This document shows positions 38,052 through 51,069 of a DNA stretch of 64,000 nt, in pieces. The notes under the pieces were generated by a model. It saw only the letters and a program-made list of their open reading frames with translations. It did no database searches and was not told the origin of the DNA. This DNA comes from Heptranchias perlo. Lineage: Eukaryota. The DNA lies in assembly GCF_035084215.1 (NCBI RefSeq), contig NC_090350.1, positions 24,552,001 through 24,616,000 of the forward strand, written 5' to 3'. How positions within the stretch are numbered: the stretch's first letter is position 1; each line of letters opens with the position of its first letter. The translations under genes were made by a program, and so were the position numbers.

Positions 38052-38702
38052 CAACAACAACGACTTGCATTTATACAGCACCTTTAACATAGTAAATCGT
38101 TCCAAGGCGCTTCACAGGAATGTTATTGAACAAAATTTGATACCGAACCACATAAGGAGATATTAAGGACAGATGACCAAAAGCTTGGTCAAAGAGGTAG
38201 GTTTTAAGGAGCGTCTTAAAGGAGGAGAGAGAGGTAGAGAGGTTTAGGGAGTGAATTCCGGAGCTTAGGGCCTAGGCAGCTGATGGCAAGGCTGCCAATG
38301 GTGGTGCGATAAAAATCGAGGATGCGCAAGAGGCCAGAACTGAAGGAGCGCAGAGATCTCGGAGGGTTATAGCACTAGAGGAGATTACAAAGATAGGGTG
38401 GGGCAAGGTCATGGAGGGATTTGAAAACAAGGATGAGAATTTTATAATTGAGGCATTGCCAGACTGGGAGCCAATGTAGGTCAGTGAGCATAGGGGTGAT
38501 GTGTGAATGGGACTTGGTGCGAGTTAGGATACGGACAGCAGAGTTTTGGATGAGCTCAAGTTTACGGAGGATGCAAGGTGGGAGCTCGGCCAGGAGAGCA
38601 TTGGAATAGTCGAGTCTAGAGGTAACAACGGCATGGATGAGGTTTTCAGCAGCAGATGAGCTGAGACAGGTGATGTTACGGAGGTGGAAGTAGGTGGTCT
38701 GC
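38052..38702 (-). mobile_element. L2-type LINE 3' fragment
   Basis: LIHAVVTSRLDYSNALLAELP...QNSAVRILT...HITPMLTDLHWLPV is an L2 ORF2 C-terminus. The tail (aaggtgctgtataaatgcaagt, ttg repeats) is shared with the SINE 3' ends. Confidence 0.93.
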
Positions 38703-39436
38703 ACTGAGGACCCTTACAATACTGTAGCACCTTGAGGCCAATTATAGTGGCAAGCCCAACCAAATTTGCCAGCGAGAGGATGTAAATTCTGTGGCAGGAC
38801 TGTCCAGGGTTGGAGGGCATCAACTCTTTGCTGCGAGTATTTCTTCTGCAATGTTTAAGCTTTATGAAATTGTACATAAAGTAAAATGTAACACCTGAAA
38901 ATTCCACAACTTTTCACAGTTTTTGATTTGTTGTTCTCAGAAGAGAAAATAATACAATGTGATACTCCTTACACAACTGCAATATCATTGTCCCAGAAAG
39001 TTAATTTGCAGAGGTTGGATAAGGCATATCTGAGGAAATACAAACCATTGTTTTCCTCTCCCGGACTGAAATCATCAAAGCAGAGCAGGGATTGGACCTG
39101 GGACCTTCTTGGTCTGTATTGCTCAGTACCAAACTACATCACACAGTGTGTTAAGCCGTCAGAAAACCAACAAGGGCATTTTTATTTGAGTAACAATATT
39201 ACTTCTGAATGTCACCAACACAGAGTTCGCACGCATTATAAATATCCAGAGTGAACAGTAAAAAAACAACTTGAAAGAAATTACTATAATGAAAAATAAA
39301 CTATTTTACTCCTCCATTTGGAGTGCATTGTAACTTGACCCAGACTGCTTCACTCAATCTGTAGCTCTCTGATGCTTGCTCCAATTACAGCACTGTACTA
39401 AGCAACCTTTCATCTATCTGAAATCTCACTACTCAC

Positions 39437-39616
39437 ATTATATTCATTGGGACCTGGTGTCCAATTTTTGGGATCATCCACTTTCATAGCGATGGGCTGT
39501 TCAAACATACTGCTGTTCCCCATGTGATAGTCCACCTTTGACAAAAATGGAGATGGAATGTTGTATGCATTTGCTCCTGGCGTCTGAATAGTTTTTCTCC
39601 GTTCAAGACGGGATGC
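39437..39616 (-). CDS. STPG1: STPG1 coding exon 4 (ASRLERRKTIQTPGANAYNIPSPFLSKVDYHMGNSSMFEQPIAMKVDDPKNWTPGPNEYN)
   Basis: cccactgcttag| ... |gtgagt. 180 nt, phase 0/0. PxANAYxIPS...SSMF...TPxPNxYN motif. Confidence 0.95.
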
Positions 39617-39959
39617 CTAAGCAGTGGGCAAAAAGGAAGAAATCTTATCATTGGAACAATTATGGGAACAAGAAGAACAATGTGGAAAGGACACAATGCA
39701 TTTCAGGCTCTAATTACAATACAGATGTAGATTTACATTTATTTGGGACTGATAAGACTTCCCACACACAAACCTTTGCTGATCTGTAAAATGCAGTTTC
39801 TGCTATTTTTCTGTTCTACGAAGGCTGTTTGCTTTACTTTTGCAAACAGACCCAACCATTTGCAGAAAAATTAGCACAGAGCAAAAGCTTACCAAATAGG
39901 TGCCTAATATTTTCCCTGGTATCACAATTACATTAATATAAGAAAACATAAAAACTCAC

Positions 39960-40061
39960 TTTGGAAGCAAGCCCACCCATTCCTCTCTTGGAGAAGGAGG
40001 TGCTGAAAGTTTCGACTGGTCCATGAGTGTTATCATAGGAACCTGGTCCTGGGTTTTCACT
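39960..40061 (-). CDS. STPG1: STPG1 coding exon 3 (SENPGPGSYDNTHGPVETFSTSFSKRGMGGLASK)
   Basis: ttccttttacag| ... |gtgagt. 102 nt, phase 0/0. PGPGxY repeat and SxSxSKxG. Confidence 0.95.
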
Positions 40062-41399
40062 CTGTAAAAGGAAGTCAGCTTATTGATACTGAATCAAAAT
40101 GACAGCATGTGAGATTTAAGTGTTAATGGATGACCATAGCAGGGAATTAAAAGAAAGAGATTAATGTATAGCATGTCCCTTTAATCAGACCTCTATTCTT
40201 TATTCCTGTTGCACAGCACTTCTGCTTTCTGCTACTGCTTCAGTCACTGTGTTGGTTTTCTGCTCTTTGCAACTTTGAAAAGTTGCTGCATGAGCTCAAA
40301 CACTATCCAGGAACTCTTCATTGTTCCTAACACAATGAAGCAGATTGTTTAACACCCTGCCACAAGTTAGAGAATCTGGTGAAGGTATGCTTCATTTGGC
40401 TTGACTATCCGCCATCATCTTCAAATGTAAACACCAACTAGTGAATTTCTTCATCACTAAGATTGAGGCCATTGGGCAGCTATCCATTGTTATCTTGCAG
40501 CTTTGTGTCCAGCTCTCTCAAAACTGTTCAAATCCTTCTGCTGTGCATCCTCTCTCCATTGGCCTCATTGTTGGTGACAGAGCCTTCAACCATTCTTTGG
40601 AACTTCTTCTCTAAATCTCTTTGCCTCTTTATATTTCTCCCTCCTTTAAAAGCCTTCTCAAATCTTTTCTTTTTGACCCCCCCTCCCACCAATTAATACC
40701 CATACAAAAATAATTTCAATACTTAATTGATTACCCATCTTTGAATAATTGTGTATTTCAGTTCAGTTTCCTTGTCTAACTCATATCAACCAAAATCCTC
40801 ACTGATGTTCAAGGCCCAGCCACAGGATAGTGAGAAGAGTACACAAATATGAAAAATGAAATATGTTAAAGGGCTAATTTTCCGACTGTAAACCACAGGC
40901 AGGAAGCCTCACCCGCCGGTTGTGTATATTAGACCAAGTGGTCAGAAAACTATGCACAGCCTGCACCTAAATTTCTGATGTGTACTTCTAGCAGCTGAGG
41001 CTCTTTATCAAAAGCACAAAGCGTTAAAATTACTCCTTAAATCAATTGCTGCTGTGAGGTTATTTGATGTGGGAATGAAACCTTCATTCATTTTGATGGT
41101 GAATTGTTAATTGCAGATAAGTTATCTCATCCTCATTCAAAAGGGAAAACTGTGTTATAGATATTTAATCTATTGCCTATGAAAAGTACATTAAATGATC
41201 CAAAGGAAGAATTTTCTATGATATGCCATGTATGAATATATCAGGGTCAATGCAGCGATGCTGCACTCTGTAAGCACACCCAGAATATTCGGAGAGTGTG
41301 CCTTGGTGAGTCCGGCCAGTTGATCTGAGTGCTGGATTTGCAAAGTGCCACATTCAGCTCCATAAAAGAATTCCAATTTTTGGTTGTTTTGCAAGGAGC

Positions 41400-41747
41400 A
41401 TTGAGAACCTCTTAATTTAAGGTAGGTAAAGAGAAATTGTTTCCACTGGCAGGAGAGTTGATAACCAAAGGTCACAGATTTAAGATAATTGTGAAAAGAA
41501 ACAGGGGAAGATGAGAATTTTTTTTTATGCAGCGAGCTGTTATGATCTGGAATGCACAATCTGAAAAGGTGGTGGAAGCAGATTCAATAGTAACTTTCAA
41601 AAGGGAATTGTATACTTGAAAAGAAAAAATTTGTAGGGCTATGGGGAAAGAGCAGGGGAGTGGGATTAATTAGATAGCTCTTTCAAAGAGCCAGCACAGG
41701 CATAATGGGCCAAATGGCCTCCTTTTGTGCTGGAAGATTCTATGATT
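41400..41747 (+). mobile_element. CR1 LINE 3' fragment
   Basis: CR1 ORF2 end and tail (tctggaatgcac...aaatggcctccttttgtgctggaagattctatgattct). Confidence 0.85.
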
Positions 41748-42139
41748 CTTATTGATTGTTTCTTATTGTATCTGAAGTTCTGTTTTATTTGGATCTTATC
41801 TGTTTCTGCAATGTTCTTGATGCATAATTTGTTATTGGGGTTTTTCTTTTGCACTACAAGACTGTTTTTCTACAGCAGTCTCACTGATACCGACTATTTC
41901 ACTTGTAGCAAGCAAATTATCCAGTCTGGGAATTTCTTTGGACATTCCTATGGCAGTCCGTGATTTGGAGGAGGAACAGGAGTTCATGTGGATGGAACAA
42001 AGGCACGTACAATTACAACCTCAGGCATTTGGTATCCATCCATCCTTGTCCCAGGAGCCAAATGTTAGACCTCGGCACACTTACTTGATGAAACCGCCAT
42101 TAGTCATTTGTGCTTGATAGGGAGACTGTCACAGAGTTA

Positions 42140-42906
42140 TGGGCCTCAATTTTAGGGGGCAATTGCGGGTGCATTGGGGGACTCTGAAAATTGTGGAAAT
42201 CCCATTCGGGTTGGGTAGCCGGCTCCAACCCATCGACTTTCGAGTTTCGCAGGGACCCACCTGTGTGCGCGCAGGTGACCCAAAAACGGAAGTCCCACCG
42301 GTTTTGACAGTTAAAGAGCCAAATATACCTCATTGAGGTACTTAAGGCACTTTACCTGTGACGGAGTAAATGATTAGAACGATTTTTAACTTACCTGGGC
42401 AACTTGCCCACCACTTCTGATTCACGATGTCCGATGTCTCCCTCTCCGATGTCCCACTCTTCACCCCTCCCCCCCTGATGTCCTCCCGATGTCCCACTCT
42501 TCAACCCCCGATGTCCTCCTGATCTTCCCCCGTTCTTCCCCTCTCCCCCCGATCTTCCCCTCTCCCCCCCCGATCTTCCCCTCTCCCCCCGCCCCGATCT
42601 TCCCCTCTTCCCCCCCCCACCCCCCCGATCTTCCATTCTCCCCCCCACCCCCGGTCTTCCAGTCCAGTGCCGGATGACGTCTGGCGCTCTCTCTCTTTCT
42701 CGCCACCCCCCCTCGCATTGCAGCTCCTGATGGCAGCCAGCCTGCCCATCAGGCTGGCTGCCGGGCGCGAAACTTGGAGAGGACGTTAATCATTAGCAAT
42801 CAACATGCGATCGTGTCGGAAACATTAAGTTTTGTTCATGCGGGTTTGCCACGAGGACCTTCACCTCCCCCCCTCCCAACCCACCACCATTGCAAAATCA
42901 ATCCCA
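42140..42906. mobile_element. CpG-rich non-autonomous DNA element with internal (ccgatcttcccc..)n C-rich repeats
   Basis: Approximate inverted termini gggcctcaatttt / aaaatcaatccc. Tandem ~18-20-nt units at 42426-42660. Confidence 0.6.
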
Positions 42907-44694
42907 TGCTGTCTCCTTAAACACGACTCTGGACAAGTTTCACCACAGAACAGCTCTGCCCATGAAGGTGAAGGTGACCATTGCATAACATTTCAAGTCA
43001 CCACAAAAACATTTGCTATACTGGCCAGTTCTCTGTGTACCAATGTATCCAACAAGTGACAGAAGCTTTGTTTGGCAGAGAAGCACTTTCCTCACCTTCC
43101 CCATGGAAAGGAAACAGCAGCATGAGAGGACATAGCATTTATACCACTAGCAGTTTCTCAAAAATGTGCTGATATAGTCATGAATATGCAGGTGGTCTTG
43201 GACCATAAGTCCTGAATTATGCAAATGAACGTATGTTACCCTGGGAGTAAGCACCATGCCTTCATTTTGTGACATTCCACCGTGCCATCATTATTTGAAG
43301 GGATAGGCAGAATGGACAATTGGCTTCTATGCAACCAAGGACACCCAACTGCAGCCATGGCTATACGCATTCACTTACTGAATTAAACCTTCCAGTTTCT
43401 TGAGCACTGGACCTGAAATTGCAACCATAGTATCGTGCCAAATCAAAACTTTTTCCTGTTGTCACTCTTTTAAAAAAAGTTAAAATTGGACTCCATGTAG
43501 GATAATAACCATGTATAATAACCATGTGTAGACATTCAATGTTTCGGAGTCAACATCTGCTTCTCTGTGTTCATGGATGAAAATCAATGCCATTCCTGGC
43601 TCAGTCCTTCGCCGCTGCTCCTGACTGCTAACTGTTGCTCTGGTGGTGGAACTCCGCTGAATGCTGTGGGCAGCAACTCTCATGATAGCTTTGCGAGATC
43701 AGGAAATCGCACCCACAGTATCTAACAGAGTTCCATGTCCCAGAGCAGCAGAGGCACCCCGGGGCGATGCTGAGGGAGGAGGGGAGAATGGTGCCAGTGT
43801 GAACTGTAAGTGGGGGAGGAGATAGTCAATGTGAGTTGAAAGGTGGACTAGAGTGCCAGTATGAACTGGGATCAGGGGAAGAGAGTGTGGTCTGAAGGGG
43901 AGGCCTTCTGTCACTTGGTGAATGGAAAACTGGAAATGATGACAGAGGAACGTACTGCATTTTCAGCAAAAGCTTCACATGCTTTGCAGCAGTGTTTTCT
44001 CATTCATACAGGTTCATGAACCCCCAAATCGTTCTGTTCTTCCACAACAGCCAGCTTTCTCCCATTCAAATTATAATCATTACTTTTATTTATTTTTCAA
44101 CAAAAATGTACCACCGAGCGTGGCGGCAATGTGGACCACCAGTGGTCGGAGGGTGTAATTGCAGCAATTCAAATTTACCTTGGCAGTTTTCATGAGAAAT
44201 GTGAACACAGGAATTTCTAATGGGAAAAGTAGATATCAATAAGGACAGAATGTATGCCTTTAAAATTTGGGTTCAATTACATCTGTGCACCCTGGTTCCA
44301 TTATCTCCCAGCTTCTAACACCCACTTCTCTTGCAGACTACACTGTGCATTCAGCTGCCTAGGCCCTAAGCTTTGGAATTCCCTCCCTAAACCCTTCCAC
44401 CTCTGTTGGGCCAAATGGCCAGTTTGTGTGCTGTACATTCTATGTAAGGTGCACAAGACATTAAAAGCAGCACCTCAAGTGGATAGTCCATTGCAGGGCA
44501 GAGCAGGGGAGTGGGACTAATTGGATAGCTCTTTCAAAGAGTCAGCACAGGCACGATGGGCTGAATGGCCTCCTTCTGTGCTGTATGATTCTATGATTTG
44601 CAAACGCTATTAGCCCCTAACCTGCACAGCTCACAGGGGTGACCGAACTTTAGAAGGACAAGACTGTTCAATTCCTTTCACCTGTGGTAGGTTT

Positions 44695-44708
44695 CGCCAT
44701 CTGGTGGC
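44695..44708 (-). promoter_or_regulatory. CTCF core motif (GCCACCAGATGGCG on -)
   Basis: Close match to the vertebrate CTCF core consensus CCAC(C/T)AG(A/G)(G/T)GGC(A/G). CpG retained. Confidence 0.55.
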
Positions 44709-44924
44709 TCATCTTAGAACTCATTAAACTCCACATATTTAGGACCAAGACATTTATTTAGCAGCAAGTGGGTTTGGTCAGTAAAAGTAAATTCTGTAAC
44801 TATCGGGACTGTTTGCATATTGTGACTAATGTACTGACAACAAAACAAATCTTGATAAGTCTGCAGTTAGCACCCAATTTGGACATTTTCAAATCCTTTC
44901 TCCTCCCATGGACACACGGTAACC

Positions 44925-46050
44925 TGTGGTGTGCCCTGGGCTTCATCCTTGGTCCCCTCCTGTTCACCATCCACATACTACCCCTCATTGACGTCATCTA
45001 CATGTGGTCAGCTTCTACATGTACACTGATGACATTCAATTCTACCTTTCTGCCACCCCACTGACTCCAGTGCTGTTGCTGTACTATTTAATTGCCTAAG
45101 CAACATCAAGTCATGGATAAGTTATAACTTCCTACAGCTCAACAACAGCAAATTCTGTTGGGTTTTGCCAGAACTTGTGTGCCTCCAGCATTGGCTCCGT
45201 CAACCATCCTGATGCTTGCATAGGCTGAGCCCTGTGGTGGATGGATAAGGTGGATGTTAACCTCAGCCTTCAATCACACCAGAACTTTCCTAGTTATGCC
45301 CCTATCTTACTGCCACCAGTGCTAAAACCCTCATTCACACCTTTGACACTTCAAAATTCAACTTCTGAAATGCTCTCCTTTAGCCTTCACAAATTTCAAC
45401 TAATCCAGATTTCCTCAGCCCAAGTCCCATCACACATAAAACACAGTCTGTTCTTCACCCCCAAACTCACCTGGCTCAGTGGGTAGCACTCTTGCCTCTG
45501 GGTCAGAAAGTCATGGGTTCAAGTTCCACTCCAGAAACCTGGGCTGACACTTCAATGCAATACTGAGGGAGTGCTGCACTGTCAGAGGTGCCATCTTTTG
45601 GATGAGATGTTAAACCGAGGCCCTGTGAAAGATCCCATAATACTATTTCGAAGAAGAAAAGGGGACTTCTCCCCAGCGTCCTGACCAATATTTATCCCTC
45701 AACCAACATTACTATCTGGTCATTACCTCATTGCTGTTTGTGGGACCTTGCTGTGCGCAAATTGGCTGCTGTGTTCCCTACATTACTACATTGACTACAC
45801 AACAAAAGCGCTTCATTGGCTGTAAAAGGCTTTGGGATGTCTTGAGGTCGTAAAAGGTGCTATATAAATGCAAGTATTTCTTTCAAATCAACTTCAAGAT
45901 CCTCAATCTTCATTTTGAAATCTTGGCACAGCCTCACCCAGTAATCTTTTCCAGCCATAAATTCCAACCCACACCTTCCAATCCTCTGGTAACTGGTCGT
46001 CTCCCTCCTCCTCTACTCCACAATTGGAGCTCAATCTTTCAGATATTCCA
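44925..46050 (+). mobile_element. Highly decayed L2 LINE, interrupted by a SINE
   Basis: ILGPLLFTIH and tacactgatgacattcaattctac (YTDDIQFY, the YADD region). L2-like sequence resumes after 45884. Confidence 0.7.
45471..45884 (+). mobile_element. Deu-domain tRNA SINE (SacSINE1-like), nested in L2
   Basis: A-box tggctcagtggg, B-box gggttcaagttcc, central tgctgtttgtgggaccttgctgtgcgcaaattggctgc, and L2-like tail tatataaatgcaagt. Confidence 0.9.
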
Positions 46051-46959
46051 CCCCTGCCTGTTAGAACTCATATCCACAGCCATTTCACCACCCGGCACAA
46101 CAAACAAGAAGCAAGAAGCTCACTAAAGATGAATATGAAGGCATTCAAGTCACGGCTGCTGTGCTGCCCACTGCCGCTCCAGCTTTTTGGGCACCCCAGA
46201 ATGAAAAGCAGCGCAATTTCTGGAGAAGCCTGGAAATTCCCGCCGAGTTCCCCTGTCACATTTTGGAATTTGTTTGACCACTTTTCCACACAATGGATTT
46301 GGAAAAGAGTTGCTTTTAAATGATGGTTTTCAAAGCAAAGTGTATTCACGTCATTTAAAAACAAAAGCACTGAGACAAAAGATGGTTAAAATGCCAACAA
46401 GCTTTGCACTTTTCCCCCAAAGGACAAAAACAAAAAGCAGTTCATTTGCCTGTCTCAGTACTCTAAAAACGCCTCACTTCTATTGTGTTGGGAAGTCCCA
46501 TGGTCCTGGCCATTCGGTAGGGATTGTCTGGCATAGTCCTTCTCCTTTGGTTGTTGAACACAGAAATAAAATAGAGATGGAGATACACACTGAAAGTCAG
46601 GTTTTTAAACAGAAAGTTGCTCGGACAGGATTTTATCCAGACTGAAGGTTATTATGCAGGAATTTTGTATTATTACATGAAGACAAGTTGTACTGATTGA
46701 ATTAAGTGAGTACAATCATCACTGTTGCTCTGTATGTTCACTCGCTTTCTGAGAAATAAAGCAGCTTAATGTTTCATTCTGGTGTCATCTGACACAAGCG
46801 TAAACAGTCTGCCCACTCAAAGACTGGAGAAGCACACATGAGGGCACATGTGAAAGAAATGATATCCAGTTCATATCTCAAGGGGGCCAAATTGTTACAT
46901 CCCCTGGAATATGCCATCGTTTAAGTAGATATTATGTAATGAGTCAACTCCGAAATTGT

Positions 46960-48676
46960 TTTTTAATTCATTCCTAGGATTTGGGCGTCGCTGGCAATGC
47001 CAGCATTTATTGCCCATCCCTAATTGCCTTTGAGAAGGTGGTGGTGAGCCGCCTTCTTGAACCGCTGCAGTCCTTGTGGTGAAGGTTCTCCCACAGTGCT
47101 GTTAGGTAGGGAATTCCAGGATTTTGACCCAGCGACGATGAAGGAACGGCGATATATTTCCAAGTCGGGATGGTGTGTGACTTGGAGGGGAACGTGCAGG
47201 TGGTGTTGTTCTGATGTACCTGCTGCCCTTGTCCTTCAAGTTGGTAGTTGTCGCGGTTTGGGAGGTGCTGTCGAAGAAGCCTTGGCAAGTTGCTGCAGTG
47301 CATCCTTGGTACACGCTGCAGCCACAGTGCTCTGGTGGTGGAGGGAGTGATCAAGTGGGCTGCTTTGTCCTGGATGGTGTCGAGCTTCTTGAGTGCTTTT
47401 GGAGCTGTACTCATCCAGGCAAGAGGAGAATATTCCGTCACACTCCTGATTTGTGCCTTGTAAATGGTGGAAAGGCTCTGGGGAGTCAGGAAGTGAATCA
47501 CTCGCCACAGCATATGCAGTCTCTGACCTGCTCTTGTAGCCACAGCATCAATGTGGCTGGTCTAGTTAAGTTTCAGGTCAATGGTGACCCCGAGGATGTT
47601 GATGGTGGGGGATTCAGCGATGGTAAAGCCGTTGAATGTCAAGAGGAGATGGTTAGGTTCTCTCTTGTTGGAGATGGTCATTGCCTGGCACTTGTCTGAA
47701 GCAAATGTTACTTGCCACTTATGAGCCCAGGCTTGGATGTTGTCCAGGTCTTGCTGCACGTGGGCACGGACTGCTTCATTATCTGAGGGGTTGCGAATGG
47801 AACTGAACACTTTGCAATCATCAGCGAACATCCCCATTTCTAACCTTATGATGGAGAAAAGGTCATTGATGAAGCAGCTGAAGATGGTTGGGCCTAGGAT
47901 ACTACCCTGAGTAACTCCTGCAGCAATGTCCTGGGGTCGAGATGATTGGCCTCCAACAACCACTACCATCTTCCTTTGTGCTAGGTATGAGTCCAGCCAC
48001 TGGAGAGTTTTCCCCCTGATTCCCATTGACTTCAATTTTACCAGGGCTCCTTGGTGCCACATTCGGTCAGATGCTGCCTTGATGTCAAGGGCAGTCACTC
48101 TCACCTCGCCCCTGGAATTCAGCTCTTTTGTCCATGTTTGGACCAAAACTGTAATTTGGTCTGGAGCCGAGTGGTCCTGGCAGAACCCAAACTGAGCATC
48201 AGTGAGCACGTTATTGGTGAGTAAGTGCCGCTTGATAGCACTGTCGACGACACCTTCCATCACTTTGCTGATGGTTGAGAGTAGACTGATTGGGCTGTAA
48301 TTGGCCCGGTTGGATTTGTCCTGCTTTTTGTGGACAGGGCATACCTGGGCAATTTTCCAAATTGTCGGGTAGATGCCAGTGTTGTAGCTGTACTGGAATA
48401 GCTTGGCTAGAGGCGCATGCTAGTTCGGGAGCACAAGTCTTCAGCACTACAGCCAGTATGTTGTCGGGGTCCATAGCCTTTGCTGTATCCAGTGCACTCA
48501 GACGTTTCTTGATATCTCGTGGAGTGAATCGAATTGGCTGAAGACTGACTTCTGTGATGGTGGGGATCTTGGGAGGAGGCCGAGAAAGATGGCTGAAGAT
48601 GGTTGCAAATGCTTCAGCCTTATCTTTTGCACTCACGTGCTGGGCTCTGCCATCATTGAGGATGGGGATATTCACG
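46960..48676 (-). mobile_element. 5'-truncated CR1-group LINE (RT and C-terminus), frameshifted
   Basis: QFGFCQDHSAPD, ALDIKAASDRMWHQG, GVTQGSILGPTIF, MFADDC motifs. 3' tail at 46960-47010. Confidence 0.95.
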
Positions 48677-48842
48677 AAATGTGACAGAATGAGCCTTTTT
48701 TATCCTGGTGCAGACGCAGCGCAAAATCCAAGGCAGGAGCAGACACTGGGAACGGATGAAATTCCAGATGCTTGTGGCACAAGGGAGTGCAATTTTAAGC
48801 TCCAGGTTCCCAGCCATGAGCTACAGCAGTGCTTAGCAGTAT

Positions 48843-49290
48843 CTGCTGTGGCTCAGTTGGTGGCATAGTTGGAGTCAGAAGGTTGTGGGTTCAAGTCCCA
48901 CTCCAGAGACTTGAGCACATAAGTTAGGCTAACACTTCAGTGCAGTACTGAAGAGTGCTGCACTGTCGGAGGTGTTGTCTTTTGGATGTGAGCCCCGTCT
49001 GTCCTCTCAGGTGGATGTAGAAGATCCCATGGCATTATTTTGAAGAAGAGCAGAGGAGTTCTCCATGGTGTTCTGGCCAATGTTTATCCTTCAACCAACA
49101 TAACTAAAAAAAAGATTATCTATTCATTATCACATTGATGTTTGTGGGACCTTGCTGTGTGCAAATTGGCTGCCATGTTTCCTACATTACAATAGTGATA
49201 CACTTCAAAAGTACTTCACTGGCTGTAAAGCACTTTGGGATGTTCTGAGGTCATGAAAGGCACTGTATAAATGCAAGTATTTCTTTCTTT
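48843..49290 (+). mobile_element. Deu-domain tRNA SINE (SacSINE1-like), near full length
   Basis: tggctcagttgg A-box, gggttcaagtcc B-box, Deu core, and tail ataaatgcaagtatttctttcttt. Confidence 0.9.
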
Positions 49291-50719
49291 AAGTTGTTTT
49301 TTTTTTGGCCAAGCCAGCCTTGCCCCTGAGTTCAGCCAAGGTGGCTGTGCCCCCAGGTTCCCAGCTGTGGTCCAGGGTCAGTTTTTTAAAAAATGGTCTT
49401 TCGCCAAGCCAGGCTTGTCCCCAGATTCTCAGTGGCAACAATGTTTTACAGTGCATTTACACTCCACAAGTTTAGTGTTAACAGTTTGCAATACAGTTGT
49501 TTTATTTGAAAATTAACACTTTTTGGGGATTGGGCAACAAAGTCAGTTAAAACATTGTCTTTTCTTCTCCGGATCTTAGATTTGAACCCAAAGGAAAGAA
49601 ATAATTTGCATATTTGTAGCACCTGTCGTGACCTCAGGATGTCCAAAGCGCTTCATAGCCAATGATATATTTCCGAAGCCAAGTCATTGTTGTAATATAG
49701 GGAAATCTATGAGATGAAAAGTCTCCTCTCTCTGCCAGACATAGACGTTCTATGCAAAATGTGGCCCTATGTGTCACTGAAATGTTGAAATGTGTTCAGT
49801 GATAGATTCGGATTGTGAATCCAAAGCAGCTGCCCATAATTTGCCTCAAATTTGGGCTAGATTTGACAGTTAGTAAGGAAAGTGGAGCTGTTACACTGAT
49901 AAAACAAGTCGGTCATTTTCTGAAGTTTAGGGTTAAGTCACATTGTTTGTACCAAGGAAATAAAGAGCTTGGTTCCATAAATCCGCAGGTCATGATCCTG
50001 GTGATTACGTTGGGATTGCGCCTGCCTGCTGGTGTCCACCAGCACTGGAATCTGTAGGGTCAGTTGCTAATTTGCAATGGGCATACAGGCACCTGTGTCA
50101 CTGTGGGCACATCTCCAGCACGTGCATGCCCCACGCAGCTGGAAGATCCGGTGCTTGCCTTTGGTCGGAGGCTGCCCAGACCTTACCCCCAGAACCCAGC
50201 CATATCCCCTTTGGCCCCATGTTTAAGGGGCTGATAAAGAGTTGTTTTTGAATATTCTATTATTTGGGAGCCCAGACCATTTGCCAGACCTGGACTGCCC
50301 CCTCACCCCACAGTGGGACCCACACAACCATGTGAAAGATGTTACACCTTATCTCACTGAGCGTACTGGCCTCCATTTCCCCAACTCATGCTGGATCCCG
50401 AATGAGTTGGGGAAATGGGAACTCGCAGCCTAGCAAGCCTCTTCTCCCCCTCCCCCCTTAACCCCCACAATGACATTTGCTTTGTAAGGGGTGGGCGGGG
50501 GTTCAGCTCCCCACATGGTCTAGAAATGACAGACACCCAGCGCAAGTGGGTCCATTTTTTTTTGGTGGGTTCCACCTGTCTCTCACCAGAGTTACATAGG
50601 GAGTCTTGTGGAACTCCTGAGGAAATTTATGTATACAGTATATGTTTTTTTAATTAATATTTAAAAAAAATTTTGTTTGTGCTTTCAATCATTTGGTGGA
50701 AACTTGAAGAATTTATTAC

Positions 50720-50841
50720 CTGGTTGAAATCATCGTCAAACCTTCTTGCCTGAGAACCAAACCCCTTCTTCTCAGGGTTTTCATACAACACAGTTTGATA
50801 CTTGGTAGGGATTGTAGGGGTTGCCTTCGATGGTTGCCATT
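50720..50841 (-). CDS. STPG1: STPG1 coding exon 2 (E-WQPSKATPTIPTKYQTVLYENPEKKGFGSQARRFDDDFNQ)
   Basis: gtggcaatgtag| ... |gtaata. Phase 1 in, phase 0 out. IPxKxQ...EKKGFxSQAxRF motif of STPG1. Confidence 0.93.
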
Positions 50842-51069
50842 CTACATTGCCACAAGAAGAGAATTACAATGATATTAGATATGGAGATTAAAAAATCCAT
50901 CTCACTCATTAACTAGCAAAATATACCCTGCCAAGAAATAAATATTTACTATTACATATATTGTATGTTGCTGGGGCAGGTGCCTCAGATCTGCATTATT
51001 CATTGATTGATGGAGGTGCTGCACAATTATAGCAATAGCTTCGAGCTGCATTAACAGTTATCATGGTGT

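Noticed and set aside
42391-42749. Gly/Arg- and Pro-rich ORFs
   Set aside because: Translations of a C-rich tandem repeat inside a DNA element.
45471-45535. tRNA gene (also at 48843-48905)
   Set aside because: A/B boxes belong to SINE heads followed by the Deu core and tail. No complete cloverleaf.
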